64,000 nucleotides of DNA. It comes from Vampirovibrionales bacterium (GTDB taxonomy: Bacteria; Cyanobacteriota; Vampirovibrionia; Vampirovibrionales; JAJTHC01). A program made the translations under genes and the position numbers. Each line of letters starts with the position of its first letter. Positions within the stretch are counted from its first letter, which is position 1. The stretch spans positions 715 through 64,714 of the forward strand of contig JBIKTR010000004.1 of assembly GCA_044348005.1 (NCBI GenBank), in the 5' to 3' direction. The notes under the pieces are model-generated. The model was not told the DNA's origin, made no database searches, and saw only the letters and a list, made by a program, of their open reading frames with translations. Below are positions 8,430 through 16,427 of this stretch, piece by piece.

Positions 8430-10724
8430 ATGCCTTTGTTCGCTGATGTGGTTCTACTCAAAGAAAGCAAAGCCCTCGGCGAACGACGCTTCACCTACGC
8501 CGTGCCCCCTCATTGGGCGCTGTCTTTCGGCCAGTTGGTAAGAGTCCCCTTCGCGCATCAAGGCGTCTTGCCTGCGTTAGTCATGCACCTGCATGATGAT
8601 GCCCCCCAAGGCTTCACCCCCAAAACGATTTCGTCCCTTATTTCGCCCTCGTCATTTTTTACCCCCATGCAAGTGGCCATGTTAAGCCACATCGCGGAAG
8701 ACACCATGACCCCCTTTGCCCAAGTGGTGTTGGCGGCGTTGCCCGCTTCGTTTCTCACATTGCAAAGCGCACAATTTGCCCCCCCGCAAACATTGCTCTT
8801 ACGCCTGCTCGAAACCGTAGATACCTTCGCAAAGCCCCTGCCTAAGCCCATAGCCAAGCTAACGGCTCGCCAAAAAGAAGTGTTTGAAGCGTTGTTGGCG
8901 TTGCGTGAAGAAACAGGCGAAGTGGAATGGGCCGTTCGCGTTCTGCAAGCCCAACTGGGTTGTTCCAAAGGCGTGCTAGAAAAACTGGTTCAAGCGGGCT
9001 TGGCCCAATGGCACAGCGTGGTGGCGTACCGCACGCCCTTGAAGATTTTTGAGCGTAAGCGTCTCCAGTCGCCCGCGCTCAATGCCAGTCAACAAGCGGT
9101 ATTCACCCGCATTCAACATACGCTCAACACGCCGTTTCACCCGCATACGCATCGAATGCTCTTACATGGGGTAACAGGTTCAGGCAAAACAGAAGTGTAC
9201 ATGGCGTTGGCCGAACAACAGCTGGCTGAAGGCAAAAGCGTGTTGATTTTGGTGCCCGAAATTGCGCTGACCGGCGCGTTGACGGAACGGTTTTTGCATC
9301 GCTTTGGGGAAGAAACGCTTGCGATGTGGCATAGTCGACTTTCAATGGGTGAAAAACTCGACACCTGGCAACGCATCGCCCATGGGGAATTACGCTTGGT
9401 CATTGGGGCGAGATCCGCCATTTTTACGCCCATGAAAGACTTGGGCCTGATTATTTTAGACGAGTTTCACGACGGTAGCTTTAAGCAAGAAACCCCTGCC
9501 CCGCGCTACCACGTGCGAAAAGTGGCAAATTGGTTGAGCGAAACCTATGAGATTCCCTTGCTATTGGGCAGTGCCACGCCCGAAGTGGGGATTTATCATC
9601 AGGCGGTGGAAATGAAGACGCATCAGCTTTTGGAGCTGCATGAGCGTCACGGAGGGGCCCAGCTCCCCAAGGTGCATTTGGTGGATATGAAGCTAGAACG
9701 TAGCCACGGGCATTTACACGCCATTAGCCGACCGCTTCAAAAGGCGTTGAAAGACACCCTCGAACGAGGCGAACAAGCGATTATTCTGCTCAACCGAAGG
9801 GGCTTTCACACCTTTGTGGACTGCCACGCCTGTGGGCATGTCTTTGAATGCCCCGATTGTTCGGTGTCGATGACCTATCACAAGGAAGCGAAAATCGTCA
9901 AATGTCACCATTGCGGGTTTACGGCGGAACGTCCGCAATACTGCCCCAAATGCGGGAGCCTTCATCTGCAATTTGTGGGCAGTGGCACTCAGAAAATCGA
10001 AGTGGAACTTTCTGAATTACTAGGCAATCAACCCATTTTGCGTTTAGATGGCGATGTCATGCAAAAAAAGGGCGCCTTTAAAGACGTGTTAGACGCCTTT
10101 AAAAACAAGGAAAGCCCTGTTTTAGTGGGGACTCAAATGGTGGCCAAAGGCTTGGATGTGGAGAATGTAACGCTTGTGGGGGTGTTGGGGGCGGATGCCT
10201 CTTTTTACATGCCTGATTTCATGGCGCATGAACGGGGCTTTCAGTTGTTGACGCAGGTGGCGGGGCGAGCGGGACGGGGGAGTAAGGCGGGCCAAGTGTA
10301 CTTACAAAGCTGGCAGGTGGAACATCCTGTTTTGGCGCTGGCGATGCGTCAAGATTTGCACGGCTTTTACCGCATGGAAATTGAAGAACGGCGGATGAAT
10401 CGCTTCCCCCCCTTTACGCAGTTGATTCGTTTGCTGGTGAGTGGCGAAGAGCTAGAGCGGGTACGGTTTTTCGCCAAAGGGTTGAAGCAAGCGTTATTGA
10501 ATCGATTTGAACAGCAGGGCTTTCAAGGAGGCTTAGCCTTTCAGTTGCTGGGGCCTGCCCCGTGCTTGATTGAGCGTTTACAGGGCAAGTTTCGTTATCA
10601 TCTGTTGATTAAGAATCACGTGGGGGTCGGGTTGCATGGGGTATTGGCGGGGTTTTTAAAAGAATTACCAGTGCCTGCGGGCTTGCATTGCTTGGTGGAT
10701 GTTGACGTTCAGCAACTGTTATAG
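8430..10724 (+). CDS. priA: primosomal protein N' (replication restart helicase PriA)
   Basis: Walker A LLHGVTGSGKTEVY, DEFH box and Cys-rich zinc region CHACGHVFECPDCSVSMTYHKEAKIVKCHHCGF...CPKCGS. The ATG at 8430 (MPLFADVVL) is preferred over the upstream GTG at 8394. Confidence 0.9.
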   Translation: MPLFADVVLLKESKALGERRFTYAVPPHWALSFGQLVRVPFAHQGVLPALVMHLHDDAPQGFTPKTISSLISPSSFFTPMQVAMLSHIAEDTMTPFAQVVLAALPASFLTLQSAQFAPPQTLLLRLLETVDTFAKPLPKPIAKLTARQKEVFEALLALREETGEVEWAVRVLQAQLGCSKGVLEKLVQAGLAQWHSVVAYRTPLKIFERKRLQSPALNASQQAVFTRIQHTLNTPFHPHTHRMLLHGVTGSGKTEVYMALAEQQLAEGKSVLILVPEIALTGALTERFLHRFGEETLAMWHSRLSMGEKLDTWQRIAHGELRLVIGARSAIFTPMKDLGLIILDEFHDGSFKQETPAPRYHVRKVANWLSETYEIPLLLGSATPEVGIYHQAVEMKTHQLLELHERHGGAQLPKVHLVDMKLERSHGHLHAISRPLQKALKDTLERGEQAIILLNRRGFHTFVDCHACGHVFECPDCSVSMTYHKEAKIVKCHHCGFTAERPQYCPKCGSLHLQFVGSGTQKIEVELSELLGNQPILRLDGDVMQKKGAFKDVLDAFKNKESPVLVGTQMVAKGLDVENVTLVGVLGADASFYMPDFMAHERGFQLLTQVAGRAGRGSKAGQVYLQSWQVEHPVLALAMRQDLHGFYRMEIEERRMNRFPPFTQLIRLLVSGEELERVRFFAKGLKQALLNRFEQQGFQGGLAFQLLGPAPCLIERLQGKFRYHLLIKNHVGVGLHGVLAGFLKELPVPAGLHCLVDVDVQQLL

Positions 10725-10741
10725 AAAGCCTTCAAAAAGGA

Positions 10742-11470
10742 TTATCTCAACGTCTCAGCGTATTTAAGAAGACCTTTAACAACTACAGCAAGGTACTCAT
10801 ATTGTGTAGCTTTACTCTTTACTGTTGGCAGATTTTGCAATGCTTGTCTATGTTCACCATTTATAAGAGACCCAGCGTCTTTCAAAGTAGGTTCTAGTTT
10901 TTGTATTAAAGTAGGCCACTTCTGCTTTCCTATTAAAAGATCAGTGGCAGAACGTTTTTTTTCTGATGCAATACGCCGTAAATTAGCTTTACAAATCTTT
11001 TTAATTTCTGCAATAGAGCTTTTATCCCTTAAGCCTGACTGTCTCGATTCTGTTTCTACAGCTTGAACTATGAAATTTTCTTGGGCTTCTATCTTGTTTT
11101 GATTAGTAAGTCCCTGGGGAGACCAATTCCAAAATGCGGTATTCTTTAAAAGTTTAGCCTGAACGTTCAGCCTAACGAGTAGCTTTGTGAGTTCAAGTTC
11201 CCTGTTGTAATCATAAGGATTTTCAGGGGAAAAAATATCATTTAATTTATAAAGTGTCGAAGTCAGGTGGTTCGTCGTAAGCCCCTGACGCTGGGCCAAA
11301 GCGGAGGTAGGATTGCTAACTTTACTTTTGTTATTGGGGGGGGTAAATGGGTCTTGTTGTTGGGTATTCATCGGGCGGGCGCCCAACACAGAAAGCTGAA
11401 GTCGCATAGAATAGACCTTTCGTGAAGATGAGGGGGACGTAAATAGAGAAAAGCGCTCACGCTTTAGCAA
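10742..11470 (-). CDS. hypothetical protein in a lower-G+C stretch
   Basis: 242-aa ORF with no recognisable motif. The start is uncertain (in-frame ATGs at 11470, 11407 and 11371). One hand-counted 60-nt line is about 37% G+C. Confidence 0.4.
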   Translation of the reverse strand: MLKRERFSLFTSPSSSRKVYSMRLQLSVLGARPMNTQQQDPFTPPNNKSKVSNPTSALAQRQGLTTNHLTSTLYKLNDIFSPENPYDYNRELELTKLLVRLNVQAKLLKNTAFWNWSPQGLTNQNKIEAQENFIVQAVETESRQSGLRDKSSIAEIKKICKANLRRIASEKKRSATDLLIGKQKWPTLIQKLEPTLKDAGSLINGEHRQALQNLPTVKSKATQYEYLAVVVKGLLKYAETLR

Positions 11471-11548
11471 GAATAGTAAAAGAAAGAAACGCCCCTGTCA
11501 ACCCCTCGTTCCCCCTCACCCTAGCCCTCTCCTGATTTTGGCTAGCTC

Positions 11549-11690
11549 CGTTTTGAGCTGGTGCTTGGGTTTCTAGTTCTCTTTTAACGCTGGTGCTTGG
11601 AGACCTTTGGCGGCGCAAAGACCCCCAAGCACCAGCGTTAAACGGGAGCAAGAAAACCCAAACACCAGCTCAAAACGAAACTAGAAACCC
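11549..11690. repeat. two-tier nested palindrome built from four copies of GCTGGTGCTTGG
   Basis: The outer arms 11550-11572 and 11654-11676 are complementary at 22 of 23 positions. The inner arms 11584-11600 and 11625-11641 are complementary at 17 of 17. The 12-mer occurs at 11557 and 11589 (+) and at 11625 and 11658 (reverse complement). Confidence 0.7.
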
Positions 11691-11691
11691 C

Positions 11692-12062
11692 AAAAATCGT
11701 GCAGTTTAGCCACTAGGCAACGGGCTAAAAAATAGGGTATACTGAAAAAGAGTGGCTTTTTTCAAGAAGCCTTCACAACCCAGCACATTCCTTGAAAATC
11801 GAACAAAAATCAGACTTTCGTGGCCAGAAAACGGACTTTCGTGGCCAAAAAACGGACTTTCGTGGCCAGAAATCAGACTTTCGTGGCCAAAAAACGGACT
11901 TTTGTGGCCAGAAAACAGACTTTCGTGGCCAGAAAACCGACTTTCGTGGCCAGAAATCAGACTTTCGTGGCCAGAAAACCGACTTTCGTGGCCAGAAATC
12001 AGACTTTCGTGGCCAGAAAACCGACTTTCCGACACACGAAATTAGGGCGTTTCTTTACATCG
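11692..12062 (+). repeat. leader + 10.5 x 21-bp tandem palindrome-bearing repeat + tail element (copy 1)
   Basis: Ten head-to-tail units of GACTTTCGTGGCCAGAAAACG at 11813-12022, then a truncated eleventh unit from 12023. The leader and tail are shared with 41250-41619. Confidence 0.9.
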
Positions 12063-12063
12063 T

Positions 12064-12140
12064 TATAGCCAAGTTTAGCGTTTTCCATACAGTAGGCTAC
12101 ACGAGGAGCCCACTGTATGGAAAACGCTTTAAAATACTAT
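12064..12140 (-). repeat. core-less member of the dispersed palindromic element family; also a possible terminator of the M23 gene
   Basis: A perfect 17-bp stem (12077-12093 with 12112-12128) encloses the loop AGGCTAcacgAGGAGCC. That loop is the reverse complement of the family 3' box GGCTCCT-N4-TAGCCT. The arm TATAGCCAAGTTTAG recurs at 42991 and 43126. Confidence 0.6.
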
Positions 12141-12141
12141 A

Positions 12142-13263
12142 TTACAAATAACGTTGAGGGTTGACGGGTTTTCCGTTAATACGCACTTCAAAATGCAAGT
12201 GCGCCCCTGTAGAATAGCCCGTTGAACCCACGGCTCCAATGGTTTGCCCCTTGCCCACGTTACTTCCACGAGACACCCCAATGCGAGACAAATGACCGTA
12301 CAACGTGGCATGGCCCTTACCGTGATTGATAATAATACACTTGCCGTAACCGCCGTACCAACCAGCCATCACCACGCGCCCTCCGTCAGACGCTTTAATC
12401 GGCGTTCCCGACGGGCGAGAAATATCCAAGCCCGTGTGATTCAATCGCTTACGATGAATAGGGTGAATACGAAAGCCAAAGACTGATGTAATACGCCCTA
12501 ATAAGGGCCAACTAAAGCGACCCGTAGAACCCCTAACCCCGCGAACATACCCTCTTAAGAGTTCTTCAATTTTGAGAGATTCTGCCAATAACTCGCGTTC
12601 TCTTTTTTCGTAATATTCGGCATCACTGGCGTAGCGTTGCTTCATGCGTTCCTCTTCCGCTTTTTGGGCGTAAAGATTGTTTTTTAGTCGGCGAATCTGC
12701 CCTATAGACTGGGCTTTTTTTTGTCGTTCGCTTAACAAGGAACGTTGCTTGACTTTTAGGGCGTTTGCTTCACGTTTTAGGGCATTAAAAATGCGGGCAT
12801 CTTGACTGAGTATACGTTCCTGAAAATAGAGGGTGTCTACCATGTCCGAAACATTTTCAGAAGACAAGACCTGTTGCACCATGCTTACGCGTCCGCCTTT
12901 AAACCAATGTCGAATTCGCACACCCATGAGCTTACCCAAACGCGTGGCCTTGCCAATGGTACCGTCTAAATCTCGTTGTAGGTATTGAATGGACGTGGTG
13001 GTGGAATTAAGCTGCGTTTCCTGATTTTCTAAGGCGCGTTGGGTGCGAGAAAGTTCAATTTGTTTGGTAATGAGTCTGTCTTGATGATAACGCACATAAC
13101 GCAATTTTTCGGCACGTTTTTGACGAAAGCTCACGCGTTTTTGATCCAGTGTTTGTTTTTTTTCCTTCAGCAAGACTTTATTCACCGCAGGGGCTTGGGG
13201 TAACAGTGGCGAAAGGCATGGTAAAACCATCAATGCCACCATTAAAATAGCCAACAATCCCAT
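12142..13263 (-). CDS. M23 family metallopeptidase with an N-terminal coiled coil (EnvC-like)
   Basis: C-terminal LytM domain HTGLDISRPSGTPIKASDGG...GSTGYSTGAHLHFEVRINGKPVNP. The ATG at 13263 gives a signal-like MGLLAILMVALMVLPCL; the track start at 13320 is a TTG. Confidence 0.85.
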   Translation of the reverse strand: MGLLAILMVALMVLPCLSPLLPQAPAVNKVLLKEKKQTLDQKRVSFRQKRAEKLRYVRYHQDRLITKQIELSRTQRALENQETQLNSTTTSIQYLQRDLDGTIGKATRLGKLMGVRIRHWFKGGRVSMVQQVLSSENVSDMVDTLYFQERILSQDARIFNALKREANALKVKQRSLLSERQKKAQSIGQIRRLKNNLYAQKAEEERMKQRYASDAEYYEKRERELLAESLKIEELLRGYVRGVRGSTGRFSWPLLGRITSVFGFRIHPIHRKRLNHTGLDISRPSGTPIKASDGGRVVMAGWYGGYGKCIIINHGKGHATLYGHLSRIGVSRGSNVGKGQTIGAVGSTGYSTGAHLHFEVRINGKPVNPQRYL

Positions 13264-13412
13264 AGGCTTTATGAATGCAATAGGCGAAACTCTATTTAAA
13301 CTGGGGCTGAACAGATACAAGGAAGTGCCTCACAGGAAAGACCATCACAAAACTACTTCATTTTAGCATACACCCACGTAAAAGACAAAACCCCTAGTCC
13401 AGCTGAAGTTCC

Positions 13413-14480
13413 TTAACCTTTACGGGCTTGTTCAATACGTTCTTTAGCAAGGGTAATGGCGGCTTCTAACGTGTTGATTTGACGTTCTTCGGCCACTTTA
13501 AATATACGTTGGGCTGTTTCATAAATGGCATGGGTTTTTTCGGTGGCTTCTTGCAAGGTGCCTTGGGCCAGCTCAGTTGAAAGCACAATGACGCCTCCTG
13601 AGTTAATGGCAAAATCAGGGGCAAATAAAATGCCTTTTTGCTGAATGTCATTCGCTAAGGCGTGGGTGGCTAATGGATTATTCGCCCCCCCCGCAATGAC
13701 GGTGGCCTGCGTTTGAGCAATGACTTGCGGGGTGAGGGTTCCGCCAATGGCGTTTGGGGAAAGAATGTCTGCCTTGACCTGCCAAATTTCATGAGGTTCT
13801 ACCACCTGAAGTTGGGGAAAAAGTTCCACACAACGCGCTACAGCGGGGGCGTAGGTGTCTGAAAGTATGACGTGAAAATTCGCTTGCTCATAGTCCTTTT
13901 TTAAATGGGTCAACAAGTGGTAAGCCACCTTGCCCGCCCCTTGAATGGCAATAGTTAAGCCTTCTAAGCTTTCTTGGCCGTGCTTATAAGCCACGGCGGA
14001 TTTCAGGCCTTGAAAAACACCCAAGCCTGTTAGGATCGCTGAATCGCCCAAGCCTCCTTTTTCAGGGGGCAAGGCCGAAACGTAAGGCGTTACTTCCTTC
14101 ATGAGTTCCATGTCCGCACTGGTGGAACCAATATCTGTGGCGGTGTAGTAGGCGCCTCTTAAGGTATTGATGCGTCTGGCCATGGCTTGCACGAGTTCAG
14201 GGGTTTTAGACTGCCCTTCTTTAAGCCAAATAACGCCTTTACCCCCGCCATAGGGCAGGCCTGCCAACGCGTTTTTATACGTCATGGCTTCTGAAAGCTT
14301 TAAAACGTCTTCAAGTGCGGCGTCTTCTGTGGGGTAATGCATCATACGGCACCCGCCCAACCCGGGGCCTAATGTTGTATTATGTAAGGCAATAAAACCG
14401 TTTAAGCCTGTTTCTTCGTCTTGCACCACAAAAACGCCTTCGTGGCCTACTGCCTGTAATTGTTCAAATAAAGCCTTCAT
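13413..14480 (-). CDS. Glu/Leu/Phe/Val dehydrogenase family enzyme, leucine dehydrogenase type
   Basis: GGCRMMHYP...AMTYKNALAGLPYGGGKGVI (catalytic Lys box) plus a Rossmann motif IAIQGAGKVA. Its 355 aa fits the short Leu/Val/Phe dehydrogenases. Confidence 0.8.
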   Translation of the reverse strand: MKALFEQLQAVGHEGVFVVQDEETGLNGFIALHNTTLGPGLGGCRMMHYPTEDAALEDVLKLSEAMTYKNALAGLPYGGGKGVIWLKEGQSKTPELVQAMARRINTLRGAYYTATDIGSTSADMELMKEVTPYVSALPPEKGGLGDSAILTGLGVFQGLKSAVAYKHGQESLEGLTIAIQGAGKVAYHLLTHLKKDYEQANFHVILSDTYAPAVARCVELFPQLQVVEPHEIWQVKADILSPNAIGGTLTPQVIAQTQATVIAGGANNPLATHALANDIQQKGILFAPDFAINSGGVIVLSTELAQGTLQEATEKTHAIYETAQRIFKVAEERQINTLEAAITLAKERIEQARKG

Positions 14481-14513
14481 ACGCTCGCTCTCTCCATGGG
14501 CTACTGATGGACA

Positions 14514-14522
14514 TGGTACAAT
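14514..14522 (+). promoter_or_regulatory. extended -10 promoter element TGGTACAAT upstream of folK
   Basis: A TGnTAnAAT match lies 52 nt upstream of the folK ATG. The same 9-mer occurs at 24741-24749. Confidence 0.35.
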
Positions 14523-14573
14523 CTAAAGTACACCTGTAGCTTACGACAAACAAAAGTGATTACCAAATAAAAA

Positions 14574-15041
14574 ATGCCTATCGTATTTTTAGGGCTGGGC
14601 TCTAATCTCAATAACCCAGAAGCTCAATTAAACCAAGCGGTTGCTTCACTTAAAGCGCATCCGCATATTCAACAGCTTAGGCAAAGTCAGTGGTACACCA
14701 GTACCCCCATGGAATGCCCTGAAGGGTCGCCTGATTTTTTAAATGGTGTGTTAGAACTTCACACGACTTTAGACCCCAAAACATTGCATGGCCTGTGCCA
14801 GTGGCTAGAAACACAAGCAGGGCGTTTGCCTGAAAAAGATCGCCTTCATCATGCCCCCCGCCCCTTGGATGTTGATATTTTATTCTATGGAGATCTCATC
14901 CTTCATACGTCTGAACTCATCATTCCGCACCCGCGTTTGCATGAACGCCTGTTTGTGTTGGAACCCATGCTTGAACTGGCTCCATCTTGGGAACATCCTA
15001 TTTTCAAACAAAGCATCCAGTTGCTTTTTGAAGCCGTTTAA
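14574..15041 (+). CDS. folK: 2-amino-4-hydroxy-6-hydroxymethyldihydropteridine pyrophosphokinase
   Basis: IVFLGLGSNLNNPEAQL at the N-terminus and PRPLDVDILFYGD...IIPHPRLHERLFVLEPM, which are typical HPPK motifs. Confidence 0.85.
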   Translation: MPIVFLGLGSNLNNPEAQLNQAVASLKAHPHIQQLRQSQWYTSTPMECPEGSPDFLNGVLELHTTLDPKTLHGLCQWLETQAGRLPEKDRLHHAPRPLDVDILFYGDLILHTSELIIPHPRLHERLFVLEPMLELAPSWEHPIFKQSIQLLFEAV

Positions 15042-15221
15042 CCTCTTGTTCTGCTCATTTGGACTGCTTTATATGTTCAACAAGGTCACCTAAATTGAAC
15101 ACGCTTTCTAACAATATGTTACAGAAAAGAAAGATGTGCTGTTGAATGGCCTTTATTTAAACACATAGAGCTAACGCATATGATTTTAATTTAGTGGATA
15201 GAGAAAAAAGGATTTAAAAAC

Positions 15222-16259
15222 ATGAGTAGCATTAATTCCGTGAGTAATTACTGGAGTAGTTCATCAAATTTTGGGACACCCAAGAAAACAACAACTAAAG
15301 CAACCGCTGGTAATGTAGACCCCCTTACCTTGTATTGGGCGCTCCCTGCGTGGGAATTTCAAAAAGCGGGTTCTGCTTCCCCGTATTGGGGGCGCCCTGC
15401 GTCGGGATTTCAAAAAGCGGGTTCTGCTGCCCCTGCCTTTAAAATTCAAAAAAACAGCTTAGACATTCAACCCACCGACTTTATTGCCAAACCTGCCTTT
15501 AAAATTCAAAAAAACAGCTTAGACATTCAAGCCACCGACTTTATTGCCAAATGGGACGCCAACCAAGACGAAGTGCTAGACTTCAAAGAATTCAAACAAT
15601 CCGACGGATTCACTGGCAATGTAAAAACCAACATCGGCAGTGCTGAACTTGCTCAAGCCTTATGGGCGGTTGTGGCTGGACCTGACGGCACCTTAAGTGC
15701 GGCGGAATACGGACGTGCGTTATTGGGTATGGATCAAAACGCCGATGGCTTCATCAATCAACAAGAATCTGACAAAATTAAAACCCAATGGGCCACAGAA
15801 GCCAACGAAGACCCTGGCAAAGCAAACGTGAGCATTTACAATCGTAATGTGGCCTTGGGCACAAAGGCTGGACTAGATACTAAATTTGGTTTAGGCTTTG
15901 AAGAAAAATACGCCAAAAGCCTTGAAGAGGATGAATCAAGTGATTTAATTAGTACAGATCTTTCAACAACTAACTCAATCACAGATTCTGATGATATCGT
16001 CGCCTTACTTTCTAGTTTGGGTATTGATGTCACCACAACAGGTACGTTAGAAAAAGCGCCTGCTTCGCCACCTGCTGAAACAAGCACTTTACCACCTGAA
16101 ATACTAGCCCTGCTAAAAACATTAGGCCTTGATACGACAAGCCTTACTCCGCCTACAACGTCAACCACTGATGACGAGAACGATTATGGCTTTTCAGCGG
16201 AAGTGCTGGCCACCTTGCGCGAACCTGTAAACCTCGTCGATGGCTTACCTGTCGTCTAA
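15222..16259 (+). CDS. repeat-containing protein with two EF-hand calcium-binding loops
   Basis: DANQDEVLDFKE and DQNADGFINQQE fit the 12-residue EF-hand loop. There is a 60-bp tandem duplication (15432-15491 and 15492-15551, one mismatch) and a 51-bp duplication starting at 15333. The C-terminus is Ser/Thr/Pro/Asp-rich. Confidence 0.6.
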   Translation: MSSINSVSNYWSSSSNFGTPKKTTTKATAGNVDPLTLYWALPAWEFQKAGSASPYWGRPASGFQKAGSAAPAFKIQKNSLDIQPTDFIAKPAFKIQKNSLDIQATDFIAKWDANQDEVLDFKEFKQSDGFTGNVKTNIGSAELAQALWAVVAGPDGTLSAAEYGRALLGMDQNADGFINQQESDKIKTQWATEANEDPGKANVSIYNRNVALGTKAGLDTKFGLGFEEKYAKSLEEDESSDLISTDLSTTNSITDSDDIVALLSSLGIDVTTTGTLEKAPASPPAETSTLPPEILALLKTLGLDTTSLTPPTTSTTDDENDYGFSAEVLATLREPVNLVDGLPVV

Positions 16260-16285
16260 AGTTAGTCATGTTTAAAACCACCGTA

Positions 16286-16317
16286 ACAAGAGGCCTAAGA
16301 AGCCTCTTGTTTGTTTT
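16286..16317 (+). terminator. intrinsic terminator after the EF-hand protein gene
   Basis: 9-bp stem ACAAGAGGC/GCCTCTTGT with a 7-nt loop, followed by TTGTTTT. Confidence 0.6.
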
Positions 16318-16427
16318 ATGCTTCGTTTTTGTGCATAAAACACTAGAACATTAGCGTAAAGTTCGCTATACTGGTCAAGTAGGCTCTTGTCAAAAGGCCA
16401 TGGGTTAGTTGAAAAGGAAGGCCCAAG

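Noticed and set aside
11813-12022. CRISPR array
   Set aside because: The units are directly abutting with no spacers, the 21-bp repeat is shorter than typical CRISPR repeats, and no cas genes occur in the window.
11813-12022. CsrB/RsmZ-like protein-sponge RNA with repeated GGA motifs
   Set aside because: ACGGAC occurs only at some unit junctions (3 in copy 1, 6 in copy 2) and is lost in the common variants. In addition, the unit palindrome cannot form an RNA hairpin loop.
11706-12151. Long ORFs on both strands through array copy 1 (11706-12035 minus; 11752-12045, 11792-12151 and 11820-12068 plus), and the equivalent ORFs at 41264-41596
   Set aside because: A 21-bp unit is 7 codons without stops, so every frame stays open automatically. 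The two arrays are read in different frames because of a 1-nt indel. The peptide would be a pure heptad of the DNA repeat, so these are treated as non-coding.
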